Assembly (NCBI GenBank): GCA_003427395.1
Contig: BFEA01000006.1
Coordinates: forward strand, 3,267,658 to 3,331,657
DNA: 64,000 nucleotides
Source of the DNA: Chara braunii
Taxonomy: Eukaryota > Plantae > Charophyceae
Reading direction: 5' to 3'
Every line of letters begins with the position of its first letter. Positions within the stretch are counted from its first letter, which is position 1. The position numbers were made by a program, and so were the translations under genes. Below, one piece after another: positions 53,724 through 64,000 of the stretch. The notes under the pieces are model-generated. The model did not search any database. It worked only from the letters and a program-made list of their open reading frames with translations, and was not told the origin of the DNA.

Positions 53724-53728
<5 letters not shown>
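53173..53728 (+). mobile_element. Hammerhead element, family 2, inserted in (CA)n
   Basis: Bounded on both sides by (CA)n; ends TATGACCA(CA)n; internal inverted repeat TGGGAGGACACT/AGTGTCCTCCCA; hammerhead near the 3' end. Confidence 0.6.
53630..53686 (+). ncRNA. Divergent type III hammerhead ribozyme (core mutated)
   Basis: CAGACUGU-U-GUGG UUCAA CCUC-CUGACAA-GUCGG UGAAAGU CCGAC-GAAA-CGGUCUG; CUGACAA probably derives from CUGACGA by CpG decay. Confidence 0.75.
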
Positions 53729-53758
<30 letters not shown>

Positions 53759-54020
53759 CCCGCCCTCACCCCAAAGACAACCACCGGCGCTCCCCCAGGT
53801 CCCTCAAAAGTCCCGCCGGCGACCGGTACCGGCCCAGGCGAACCCTGTTCGCCAGCCTCGAAAACACGTTCTCGCGAACGTGTTCTCGACCCGTTTGCGC
53901 GAACGGGAGAACGTGTTCGCCCGAACGCAAAGGGCCGTGAACATGTTCGCCGTGCTACACAGCAAGAGAGATAGGAAGAGAGAGACAAATAAAGGGCGGG
54001 GGGGGGGACATACACACACA

Positions 54021-54092
<72 letters not shown>

Positions 54093-54318
54093 CAATTTTG
54101 CCAGAATATTATTACGTTCTTTTAGTCAAGGTGGATTAAATTACGCAATAATTGTGCCTTGATCATACTGCGGGCACTTGCTGACTTCAATGCAATCATA
54201 AATCTCAATATTAAAGTGTTTCTTTTTGTATATTCGTTTTCGTCTTTCATTATTCTTTGCTCTTTTTTTTATGCTCTCTCTATGTCCCGATCTCAATCTC
54301 TCTCTCTCTCTCTGTATG

Positions 54319-54357
<39 letters not shown>

Positions 54358-54512
54358 GTCTTTATCTTTTCCTTTCTTTTTGTCTCTCTTTGTCTGTGTC
54401 TGTCTCAGCTCGCCCTTTCTCCTACTTTTTTTTTTTTTTTTTTTAATTTATCATTTTGTGCTCTGTGTCAGGTTGCCCACAGCATTTTTTTTTATGCGGG
54501 CGTAGCCTGCGC

Positions 54513-54538
54513 CGTCCGCACCGCGGGCGCTTAGCTAG
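54513..54538 (+). mobile_element. Helitron 3' terminus
   Basis: GC hairpin CGTCCGC-ACC-GCGGGCG followed 5 nt later by CTAG|T; 5' end not identified. Confidence 0.55.
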
Positions 54539-54562
54539 TTTGATATATATATATATATATAT

Positions 54563-54582
54563 GGCAGTTCTGTTTGTGACGA
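54563..54582 (+). mobile_element. 20-bp 3'-end remnant of a family-1 hammerhead element inside (TA)n
   Basis: GGCAGTTCTGTTTGTGACGA is identical to the family-1 3' end and is flanked by TA repeats on both sides. Confidence 0.7.
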
Positions 54583-54593
54583 TATATATATAT

Positions 54594-54694
<101 letters not shown>

Positions 54695-54732
54695 AGAGAT
54701 AGAGAGAGGAGAGAGGAGAGCAAGGATTGGGG

Positions 54733-55790
54733 TGTAACGGGTACAACCCCGAGTAACAATGTGCTGGCCTATAGTCAAGAGTTGTTTTTCACGTTTCTTT
54801 TTTTTTGAAAGAAACAAACGCAAGGGCCTTGATACCAATTGGTGTAGCTTATCGTGGTGCACCCACAAACCATTTAAACCACTAGTACTTGCCGCATACA
54901 TCGGTCATGGGCCCTTGACGTTAGCGCACTGCATTAATTGGGTTGGGTTCTACCGGCCCGATGGCTTGCGGTACCAACCACAAGGTAGTGTCTATGCCCA
55001 GCACCCTCCCACACACCACACAACCGACACCCACACACATGCACACCCATGATAACCAAAGATCCTACCAATACCGAACAGGGGGAGCAAGGCAACTACG
55101 TCAGTTGGTTGGCACCAAGAGTGCCTTAGGTGGAGAGGGGGAATTGAACCTATGACTTGCTGAATGCCACCTGTGTGCCTAACCAACTGAGCTAGGCCTC
55201 TTTCTTGTTTTTCCAAGGTGTTATTGAGGCAAGTCACTGAGTGCATTGTGATCTCTTGTTCTGGAATATGAGACCGCCGCCTCAATACTCCTTGTGCACC
55301 CCCTATCTCACTATCCTACCTCAGTGTGACCAGCACTAAGGACCATTGCCCTACGAATGGGCAGGCAACTTGGACCGAACAGCAGTGATAGGCAGCAGGG
55401 CTGATAGGTTCCCCAGCCCTGGTGGAAGTGGCATTGGACGAGCCTTGTCGAGCGGGAACTTCGGACGTCGGGCCCAGACAATCTACTACAGGCCCCAAGA
55501 GACTATGGACCCTAGATTCAGATAGGGTAGCACCCACTGAACCAATCTTACTGTCTTTCCCCTAGCTTACCCAAGGTCAGGCGGAACTTGGACTGGCTTC
55601 AAGTGGCTTGAGCAACAATATGTTCCTAACCTTACCTTAGGGTCTAAGCCTTATATATAGCCACCAGACAGTTCTATCCGAATGTCAGTAGGAACCACAA
55701 CAAATCACACCCTATAAACCCACATGAACCTACTGCAGATACAAGACCCCACCTAGTGACTAGACCCCCCAACCTGATATTATAGTTGTA
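54733..55790. mobile_element. Probable solo LTR related to 10351-10997, containing a tRNA-like segment
   Basis: Starts TGTAAC; inverted homology to 10351-10930; right end approximate. Confidence 0.45.
55129..55203 (-). pseudogene. tRNA-derived segment (pseudo-tRNA or SINE head)
   Basis: A box TAGCTCAGTTGG and B box GGTTCAATTCC at tRNA spacing; stems imperfect. Confidence 0.55.
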
Positions 55791-56283
55791 TGTATGCACG
55801 CACCCGAAAACTTGTGTATATGTAGCCCGTAGGCGATGTGTAGTTCGCAAGCTATGTGTATACCCGAAGGTTGTGTATGCTCTGTGAATCTATGTATCGA
55901 GATGTACAAACAACATCATGTGTGGAAACTTGTGTATGTAGCCTGTAGGCGATGTGTAGTTCGCAAGCTATGTGTATGCCCGAAGGCTGTGTGTGCTCTG
56001 TGACAGACAACATCATGTGTATATATTGAGGAGAGAACAGGGCAAGCTAGACAAGGACCCCCCCAAAGGTCCCAACCAAACTCGAACCCGTGACCTTGTA
56101 ACATGTAATCAAATGACTCTATCGTACGAAAAACTATTGGAAATGGCACGAACGTGTGATATGCCAGAAAGTGGAGATCAACAGAACACCCAAGACCAAC
56201 ACCCCCAAGCAACCCCTGCGGAACCCAGAACCAACATAATTTATTTTTTTTTTTGAATTTTTTTTTTGGCTTGTTTCTTTTCT

Positions 56284-56605
56284 GGGATAATTTGCAAAAT
56301 ACCCCTGAAAGATGTGGGTAGAGCGAAATGCCCCTCTGACATAAAAGAAAATTTTATGAAATACCCCTCGCATCGGTAGGACCCCCATCTTTGTGATATA
56401 TTCCCACTGGGTACCATCAAACTTTGCAAAATACCAAAAACTTGGCAACTTTCCTAAGACCCGGTTGCAAAAGGCCATGCCCAAAAGGCGAGGACCATAT
56501 TGCAAATTTGCAAACCCACCTGACAGGGGCATAACAGAAAGATTTCGGCCCAAAACGGCATTCCGCGCTACCCACATCGTTCAGGGGAGTTTTGGCATAT
56601 ATCTC
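56284..56605. mobile_element. Mutator/Harbinger-like MITE
   Basis: ~50-bp imperfect terminal inverted repeats GGGATAATTTGCAAAATACCCCTGAA..GATGTGGGTAG; no clear TSD. Confidence 0.5.
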
Positions 56606-58787
56606 AACTTATGGGGATATTTCCTAGGCTACCAGAGTGGTCCAGGGTCACTTGCCCGACCGGGCCAAAACAATTCAAAATGTTTTTTTTTTTTTTNNNN
56701 NNNNNNNNNNNNNNNNNNNNNNNNNNNNNNNNNNNNNNNNNNNNNNNNNNNNNNNNNNNNNNNNNNNNNNNNNNNNNNNNNNNNNNNNNNNNNNNNNNNN
56801 NNNNNNNNNNNNNNNNNNNNNNNNNNNNNNNNNNNNNNNNNNNNNNNNNNNNNNNNNNNNNNNNNNNNNNNNNNNNNNNNNNNNNNNNNNNNNNNNNNNN
56901 NNNNNNNNNNNNNNNNNNNNNNNNNNNNNNNNNNNNNNNNNNNNNNNNNNNNNNNNNNNNNNNNNNNNNNNNNNNNNNNNNNNNNNNNNNNNNNNNNNNN
57001 NNNNNNNNNNNNNNNNNNNNNNNNNNNNNNNNNNNNNNNNNNNNNNNNNNNNNNNNNNNNNNNNNNNNNNNNNNNNNNNNNNNNNNNNNNNNNNNNNNNN
57101 NNNNNNNNNNNNNNNNNNNNNNNNNNNNNNNNNNNNNNNNNNNNNNNNNNNNNNNNNNNNNNNNNNNNNNNNNNNNNNNNNNNNNNNNNNNNNNNNNNNN
57201 NNNNNNNNNNNNNNNNNNNNNNNNNNNNNNNNNNNNNNNNNNNNNNNNNNNNNNNNNNNNNNNNNNNNNNNNNNNNNNNNNNNNNNNNNNNNNNNNNNNN
57301 NNNNNNNNNNNNNNNNNNNNNNNNNNNNNNNNNNNNNNNNNNNNNNNNNNNNNNNNNNNNNNNNNNNNNNNNNNNNNNNNNNNNNNNNNNNNNNNNNNNN
57401 NNNNNNNNNNNNNNNNNNNNNNNNNNNNNNNNNNNNNNNNNNNNNNNNNNNNNNNNNNNNNNNNNNNNNNNNNNNNNNNNNNNNNNNNNNNNNCGACTGC
57501 TGCCCAACCCGTTTCCCCCCTTTCGGATGGTGTTTCCCCTCCCCTAACTCCGATTTCCTCGCCCCCCTAACTTCCCTCCCGATAATCCCCTCGGCGCTCC
57601 GCTTCCTTCCCCCCCCGCTACTCATCCTGCTTCCTTCCCCACTTAGCCACGTTCCCCACCCACCTCCTCCGCCTCCGCCGACCCCGAACACCCATTTCCC
57701 CACTGCCGAATCCAACCTCGTCTAACCCCGATCCCCCGTGTGCGCACGTGTGAGCGACTTCCCCGCCTCCCCTAGCCCCGACCCTGATCTTCCCCACCCA
57801 CTCCTCAACCTTCTCTTCCCCCCCCCACCTCCTATCACTTGCCTTGCCGCGTGCACGTGCGCACGACCCCCCTCCTCCCCGCTGCCTTCTGATCCGCCCG
57901 CCACATCATCCCCACCCCGCCGCCTTGATCCCGACCAATTCCACACCCCCTGCTACCTTCCCGAACGTGTGCACGTGCATGCGTACTGCCCCGCCCTCCT
58001 TCCCCTTTGCCCCATCGCTCTTCTAATCCCGACTCCCCTCCCTTCCCGCCCGCTCCCATTCTTTCCCCCCCAAGCCCTACTCCTTCCCTCTCCGCCCCAA
58101 CCCCGATTTTTTCTCACCACGATCACTCTCCCCCTCCCGACCCTACTCCCGCCTTCACCCCCCGCAGAACTTCCTCCCGCTCACCTCTTCCTCCTTTGCC
58201 CGAGTTAGATTGCCCCCAACCTCCGCCCCCCGCCCAACTTTTCTCACGGTGCTCGCTCCTTACCCCGATCCTGAGCTTCCACCAGCTGCGCCCTGACCCC
58301 CCCCCTCCCTAATCCCGATCCCGTCTCCCCGATTCTGATTTCCCCCAACGCCCAACCCCACTCTCCTCCTGACGCCCAGCCCCTCTAACCTCTCAGAATC
58401 CCTCGACTCTATACACGCTCTCCCTCCCCCAACCCTCTGCTTCAGCTTCCCTGACGCTCATTCCCACCTGCGCTCGTTTCTTCGGCCCGCTTTTCCCACC
58501 TCACCAATCAATGATCGCATTCTCCACTCCCCCCCCCCCCCCCCCCCCCCTGCCCCCCTCTCCCCCCCCCCCCCCCCCCCCCCCCCCCTTCCCCGTTCTC
58601 CCCATTCTCGATCTTGCTTTCCCCCGTCCCCTCCACTCCACCCGATCCCCCATCCACTTGACGATCCTCCAACCCGAGCCCGATCTGAGATCCCTTCTCG
58701 CGCACATGCGGGCGACCTCCCTCGCCCTCCTCCTACGCCCCTCCCCCCATCTACTTTCCCCCTGCGCACACGTGCTTGTCGGGATTA

Positions 58788-58922
58788 TTGGCTGGAGCGG
58801 TTGTTCGAAGATAACGCAGGTCTCCTAAGAGTAGCCCAACGAGAACATAAATCTCGTGTGGAGCAAAAGGGAAAAAGCTCATTTGATTTTGATTTCGAGT
58901 ACAAATTCAAACTGTGAGAGTG
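58788..58922 (+). pseudogene. Cytosolic 25S/28S rRNA fragment (degenerate)
   Basis: TTGGCTGG.GCGG..AAGATAACGCAGGT.TCCTAAG..CAACGAGAACA.AAATCTCGTGT.GA.CAAAAGGG.AAAAGCTC.TTTGATTTTGATTT matches the conserved LSU rRNA 3' region. Confidence 0.85.
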
Positions 58923-59429
58923 CTGATGGTGCAGCGGGCCCACCCACTACCCAGTGATCTCTCAAGGAGAGAACTCACAATCCTCACAACCCACCCGGGA
59001 GTATCGGCCCAGACCGGCGCTACCAGGCCGCTGGCAACAGGGGTCCCCCCTCTCCTACTCAAGGCTTCACCTCCCTGTGGCTCCACTGTCGGGAGGCTTT
59101 CCGCACCACAGTCGCAATGGTGCCGCAGGGACGAGCCAACTCCTGCTAGGAGAGGGGTGACCCCCTCACTCCTCCCGCACGCTCCAACTAAGCCTGCCCC
59201 TCCCGGAGCCACTCCCCCCCCATGGCCTCGACAACCCCAAGGGGAGGCACACACTCAACCGTTACGGGGACCCAGGAAGTACAGTTTGTCAGCATCTAGT
59301 GGGCACCCTTGCAGGTGGCTCCCGAAGTCCAGAGCTGCAGAGCCCTGTATGTCCGTGCCCCTGGGAGCGTGCGCGCTCAGTGTGTGAGTGGTAGTGCGTC
59401 AACCTAACGCCGTGCCGGCGGCATATGCA

Positions 59430-60340
59430 CGAGGTTGCGGATTTGAACCCGCAACCTCAGACCAAAAAGTGATGTGCGACGTTGTTGGGTCGTACAAAGT
59501 GTTGAGGAAGTAATTTTGGATCTCAAGAAGAATGCACAGTCCCTTCGAGGTTCTACGTCACACACAACGTTCTTTACAACAATGTATATTACCTGCCACA
59601 CAACCGGATTCTTAATAATGTCCTAAATGTTGTTCGTGAAGCACATGACTATGCTTTGATGCTGATCCCACAGGGCGAAAGGCATATAGAAATGCACATA
59701 ACTGTAGGAGGGCCTCGCCGCGGGGAATGGGTTACTTCACATAGCACAAACACTCTTTCAGTACAACAAATTGAACATTTGCAGTTTGTAGTCTCAAATA
59801 TTTATCAGTACACAACGGATGACACTCTCTGCCATCAAGTGGTCGATATCCCTATGGGCACTAATGCTGGTCCAGAAGTTGCCAACCTTACGCTTTATTG
59901 GGATTAAGCACAATTCGTCAATGAATTTCATCAGCAAGACCTGCATGCAGCGCAAGCATATGCATTCATATATCGGTTCATCGATGACATTCCATCGTGG
60001 CAGACATCCCCACCCCCTCCTCGGTATGGGCTTGAGTGGAAAGACACTAGTGAGCAAGATGGCTCATGTCCTTTTCGTGGGGCAAGAATCCAAGTGCGGT
60101 CAGATGACTCACTTCGCATATGTGTATTTGATAAGGCCGAGGCTTGCACATTCCCTGTCGTACGTTATTCCTGTGCATCCTCCAATGCCCCATCTCATCA
60201 GCCTGCATGTGTATTTACAGGACGACTAACGAGGTTCGAACATTTTTGTAATGATAGTACCGACTTCAAAGCAGCAGTGACTTCCTTGACGTGACGCATG
60301 CTTTTAAGAGGGCATCCTCCTAGTGTCCTGGACAAAGGTC
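59430..60340 (+). pseudogene. Second Penelope-like RT (Naiad/Chlamys type), 5'-truncated
   Basis: CWVVQSVEEV; FTTMY; IPMGTNAGPEVANLTLY; YRFIDD (59974-59988); VFDK..FPVVRY..SSNAP..VFTGRLTRF..LLRGHP thumb. Confidence 0.85.
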
Positions 60341-60812
60341 GGACGACATATGTGCGTGGTCGGCAACGTCAGCTACCCACTCATGTCACACGACTCTTGA
60401 ATTAGTTTCGTCGTATGGTGCATTGGGTCATTGCTCAGCCACTGGCGAATGCACACTCGACATACAGAGCCGCCCTCTGACCACATGAAGCAAACCATCA
60501 CCCACTCCCGAACACCAATTATGGTTGTAGGCGACACCAGTCCTCCACACAGCATGACACAACGGGTCTACCCCCTCCTGTTACTCTTGTTGAACTGGCA
60601 AACACCAATATGGATATGCCAGCCCAGCCAGAGAATGGTCCAACAGCGACAAGTAATGTATACGCCGCTGAGGTTGCTGTAGGCGATGAAGGTCAACATC
60701 CGACCCATGGAGCTATTGCTGCCGAAATGGTGCCTCCCTCATCCTTGTCGTCATCACCACCACCATCATCACCTTCTCCTCCACCACCACAACCATCACC
60801 ATTACCACCTCC

Positions 60813-60848
<36 letters not shown>

Positions 60849-63229
60849 ACCACCACCGGTATCCCCACGATCATCACCACTGGCATCCCAACCACCATCA
60901 TCATCATTCCCACCATCATTGCCACCACCCTCCGCGCCGACATCTTCTTTTACATCATCCCGCCAATCATCTAACCCCTCCTTTGTTGCTTCTTCTTCCT
61001 CCCTTTCTTTTGCTTCTTCTGCTTCTTTTGCTTCTTCTGCTTTTTTTGCTTCTTCTGCTTCTTCTGCTTCTTCTTCTTCCTCCTCTTCCTTCTCTTCCCC
61101 CTCTTCTCTACCCTCTTCGTCACGTCCACCCTCCTCTAGATTGCTTCATCATTTTTGTTATCAACACATTCCTAGTTAGATCAATTGTTGTGACGACCCT
61201 TTCATCCGAGGCATCTACCGTTAAATCGATTGTTTCAAACACGTAGGTGGTGGAGGCGCTCCCCGTCTCCACCATCGTCTCCAAGATAACGGCCTCGTTT
61301 GTCCATGGATCGAATAATCACTACCCCTTGCGGGGGTTCGAGATCCGCTTCAACGCTCGCAATCGTACAGAAAGACGATGCCACACTCAATACACACCCG
61401 GAAGAGTGCATGTTGAATACGATGCCAACAATGTATTGATGATTTCTTCAATATTACGGGTTTGCATGTGCATTAGACACGGGGTGCGACCGCCTGTGTA
61501 GCTTTTGCACGACTGGCAACCACCTTAAATACAATTGCGGTTGATCAGCCTCCATTACTTGCATCTCACCCACCCATTTCTCCCCCGCCTGACCTCGTAC
61601 AACTGTAACCCATACACAATTTCTGATTTTGCTGATATTGTTTGCTCGATAGAAGAAGAGCAATGTGCTGTCTCCCTCGAGGATGACCATACTGGTCCTG
61701 GAGTGAATATAAAAGTCTTGTCTGTGGTATTTATGGGTAGAAGACTACAACTGCAGCTTGCTCCCAAAACCACATGCTAGACACGAACTCAAATATTCGC
61801 GCGTACATCCTACATCGGCCAAGACATTTCAGCGTTGTGACCTTTGTAGACAATTGATGGGCGTTATAGGACAATGGAGGTAGGGTGCAGACGGTAAGTA
61901 GCATTAACTCTTTCTATAACCAAGTAACAAATACTTACTCGATTTGGACTGTCCTTCAGCAACAATATGTTTACTTCGCATGTGCAAGCAATTCAGTCAA
62001 TCCGGATGTGCAACTACCTCCTTCCCATGCACACGACCAAGTAGTGTCCCCTTCGTGTGTAAATCAGGAAGATTCTGCCCCAGACAATGAAAAAAACTCC
62101 TCAGAAGATGTTGGTTGTGCCCTTCCATTCTGTGGCCATACAACCACAGTTCGGTTAGCATGCACAATGCATAGTCTCAATTCCGATAGTAAGGGATGGT
62201 CACTGTCAGCCTCTGTTGTGAAAACTGCGACTCTTTGTCTTGTGTTCATCCCCCCCACCCCCTGATCGTTTGCCCAATATGTCGTCGTGGTCTTAATTTG
62301 CCATGCTTAAATAATTGCAAATGTCAACTTGTCTTCCTGCTGACATGTTAACAACATGCCATGTGCCATCAATAATTCCAGGAAGTTGTCATAGAAAGCA
62401 TGTGCCTCTACTATGTGGACAATCCACAATGCCATCATCCACCAAATCCTTTCTTAACATGCCCCACATGCAGAGTTTGGCATACAATTACTGTAAACGC
62501 TATCGGATCTCCTTCTTTCTTGCCCGACGAAAAGCAAACTCAACAGCCTGTGCAGGAAAATAGAGAACCACATGAATCGCTTATAGAGCATTGTGCTGAA
62601 AGGCTAACACCACCACAGTTTGTTGCAGAAGAAATCCTGCAGCAGCTAGACACCCTTGTTTTGGATGATCCCCTCTTGCCATATTCCTCATCGTCGGTGG
62701 TTCACAAAGAAGGAATTAATGCCGAGGAAATCCAAAACATTTGCTCAATGTCGTTTTGTGATAATCCACCTTGGATTCGGCTAGCATGTGGGCTGCATGC
62801 ATTGTGTTATGAGGATTATGAAGGCACAAACTATGTATCACCCACGGCCCCGACCGTGGGGTCGAGCTTGGAGGGCGGCCTCATAGCGGCCACGATTTTC
62901 ACGGTGAAAATAATGAACAAAATCTATAATATATATATAGGGTTGTGGGTTTTTTCAAGCCGTACAACCTCATATTTTTATTTCGGAACACAAATAAATA
63001 TTAAAGAATAATTTAAAAAAATATAGAAAAGGCAGAGAAAAGAAAGGTTAGCAAATTGACAATTTTTTTCCTTCTTCGAGTTCATGGTTTTTTTTTTTTT
63101 TTTCCCGTTGTGTTTTGTGTGAAGAAACAAATCAGGGAAGAAAGGGAAAAAAACAAAAAAAAGGCCTTGTTTTTTTGCAATGTTGGGTTTAGGGTTTTGG
63201 TGGGCCCCCACGTCAGTGGTGGGGAGCAG

Positions 63230-63480
63230 GCAGCAACACATTTGTTGTTGCTGTTTCAGATAAAGATCGCGATGTATCTGAAACAGCAACAACAATTGTG
63301 TTGTTGTTGCCGTCAAAAGTTAGAGAGANCAACACATTTGTTGTTGCTGTTTCAGATAAAGATCGCGATGTATCTGAAACAGCAACAACAATTGTGTTGT
63401 TGTTGCCGTCAAAAGTTAGAGAGAGAGACCACCAGCAACAACACGCAACAACACATTTGTTGTTGCTGTTTCAGATAAAG
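63230..63480 (+). repeat. ~97-bp tandem repeat
   Basis: CAACACATTTGTTGTTGCTGTTTCAGATAAAG occurs three times. Confidence 0.9.
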
Positions 63481-63680
63481 GTCGCAAGGAACAAACCAGT
63501 TTCCAAACCCACCTATAAGAGCAGGCATTACCATAAAGAGTAGGATAAGATAAGAATGAAAGATAAGATAAGAAGTAAGCACTGCATGAATAATGTGAGG
63601 TCACTTTGATGACGCTGGATGTCACAAAATTCGAAATGCTTTGTAAGAGCAACAACAATTGTGTTGTTGTTGTCGTCAAC

Positions 63681-63743
<63 letters not shown>

Positions 63744-63926
63744 TGCCACGTGGCAATCCGCAGCCAGGGCCGCAGGGCCACGCACGGAGGAAGACGTGAT
63801 TGCGTCTGCGACCGCGGCCAAGGCCACTGGGCCGTGCACGAAGAAAGACGTGCTTGTGTCTGCGGCCTCAACCACCGATTCGAGAGGGGATAGGGGTGGG
63901 GGGAAAGAGAGAGAGAGAAAGAGAGA

Positions 63927-64000
<74 letters not shown>

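Larger units (their letters stand above)
52782..53962. mobile_element. hAT-like MITE with a nested hammerhead element
   Basis: TIRs CTGCGTTGCACGCCG / CTGTGTAGCACGGCG; perfect 8-bp TSD CAAGAGAG; GTTCGC subterminal repeats. Confidence 0.85.

Noticed and set aside
56078-56130. tRNA gene on the minus strand
   Set aside because: Only a B-box/T-arm (GGTTCGAG) is recognisable and there is no cloverleaf; at most a SINE relic
57494-58760. Pro-rich or Gly-rich ORFs
   Set aside because: C-rich low-complexity DNA next to a gap, open in several frames on both strands

Overview
Eukaryotic, repeat-dominated nuclear DNA from a draft assembly, with N gaps mostly flanked by microsatellites or homopolymer runs. 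The source is a green plant. Plastid trnI-intron, ndhD and mitochondrial ccmC/nad9/atp6 inserts plus the transposon repertoire suggest a streptophyte such as the charophyte Chara (inference). The only recognisable host gene is the last two exons of a SAC1/FIG4-type phosphoinositide phosphatase (1820-2008, 4096-4456). A mosaic of plastid and mitochondrial fragments lies just upstream (1-1420). The rest is nested mobile DNA. It includes a decayed 17.4-kb chromodomain Ty3/Gypsy element (14575-31948) whose protease is split by a 7.7-kb solo-LTR-like insertion. There are also two Penelope-like retroelements of the Naiad/Chlamys type, a hAT transposase pseudogene, hAT- and Mutator-like MITEs, a Helitron 3' end and a 28S rRNA fragment. 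The most striking signal is a set of non-coding ~0.4-0.55-kb elements that each carry a type III hammerhead ribozyme (4 copies, 2 families). They sit in (TA)n or (CA)n microsatellites, often 5'-truncated and in tandem. This looks like a retrozyme-like or non-autonomous Penelope system. All protein and RNA assignments are from motif recognition, not database searches.
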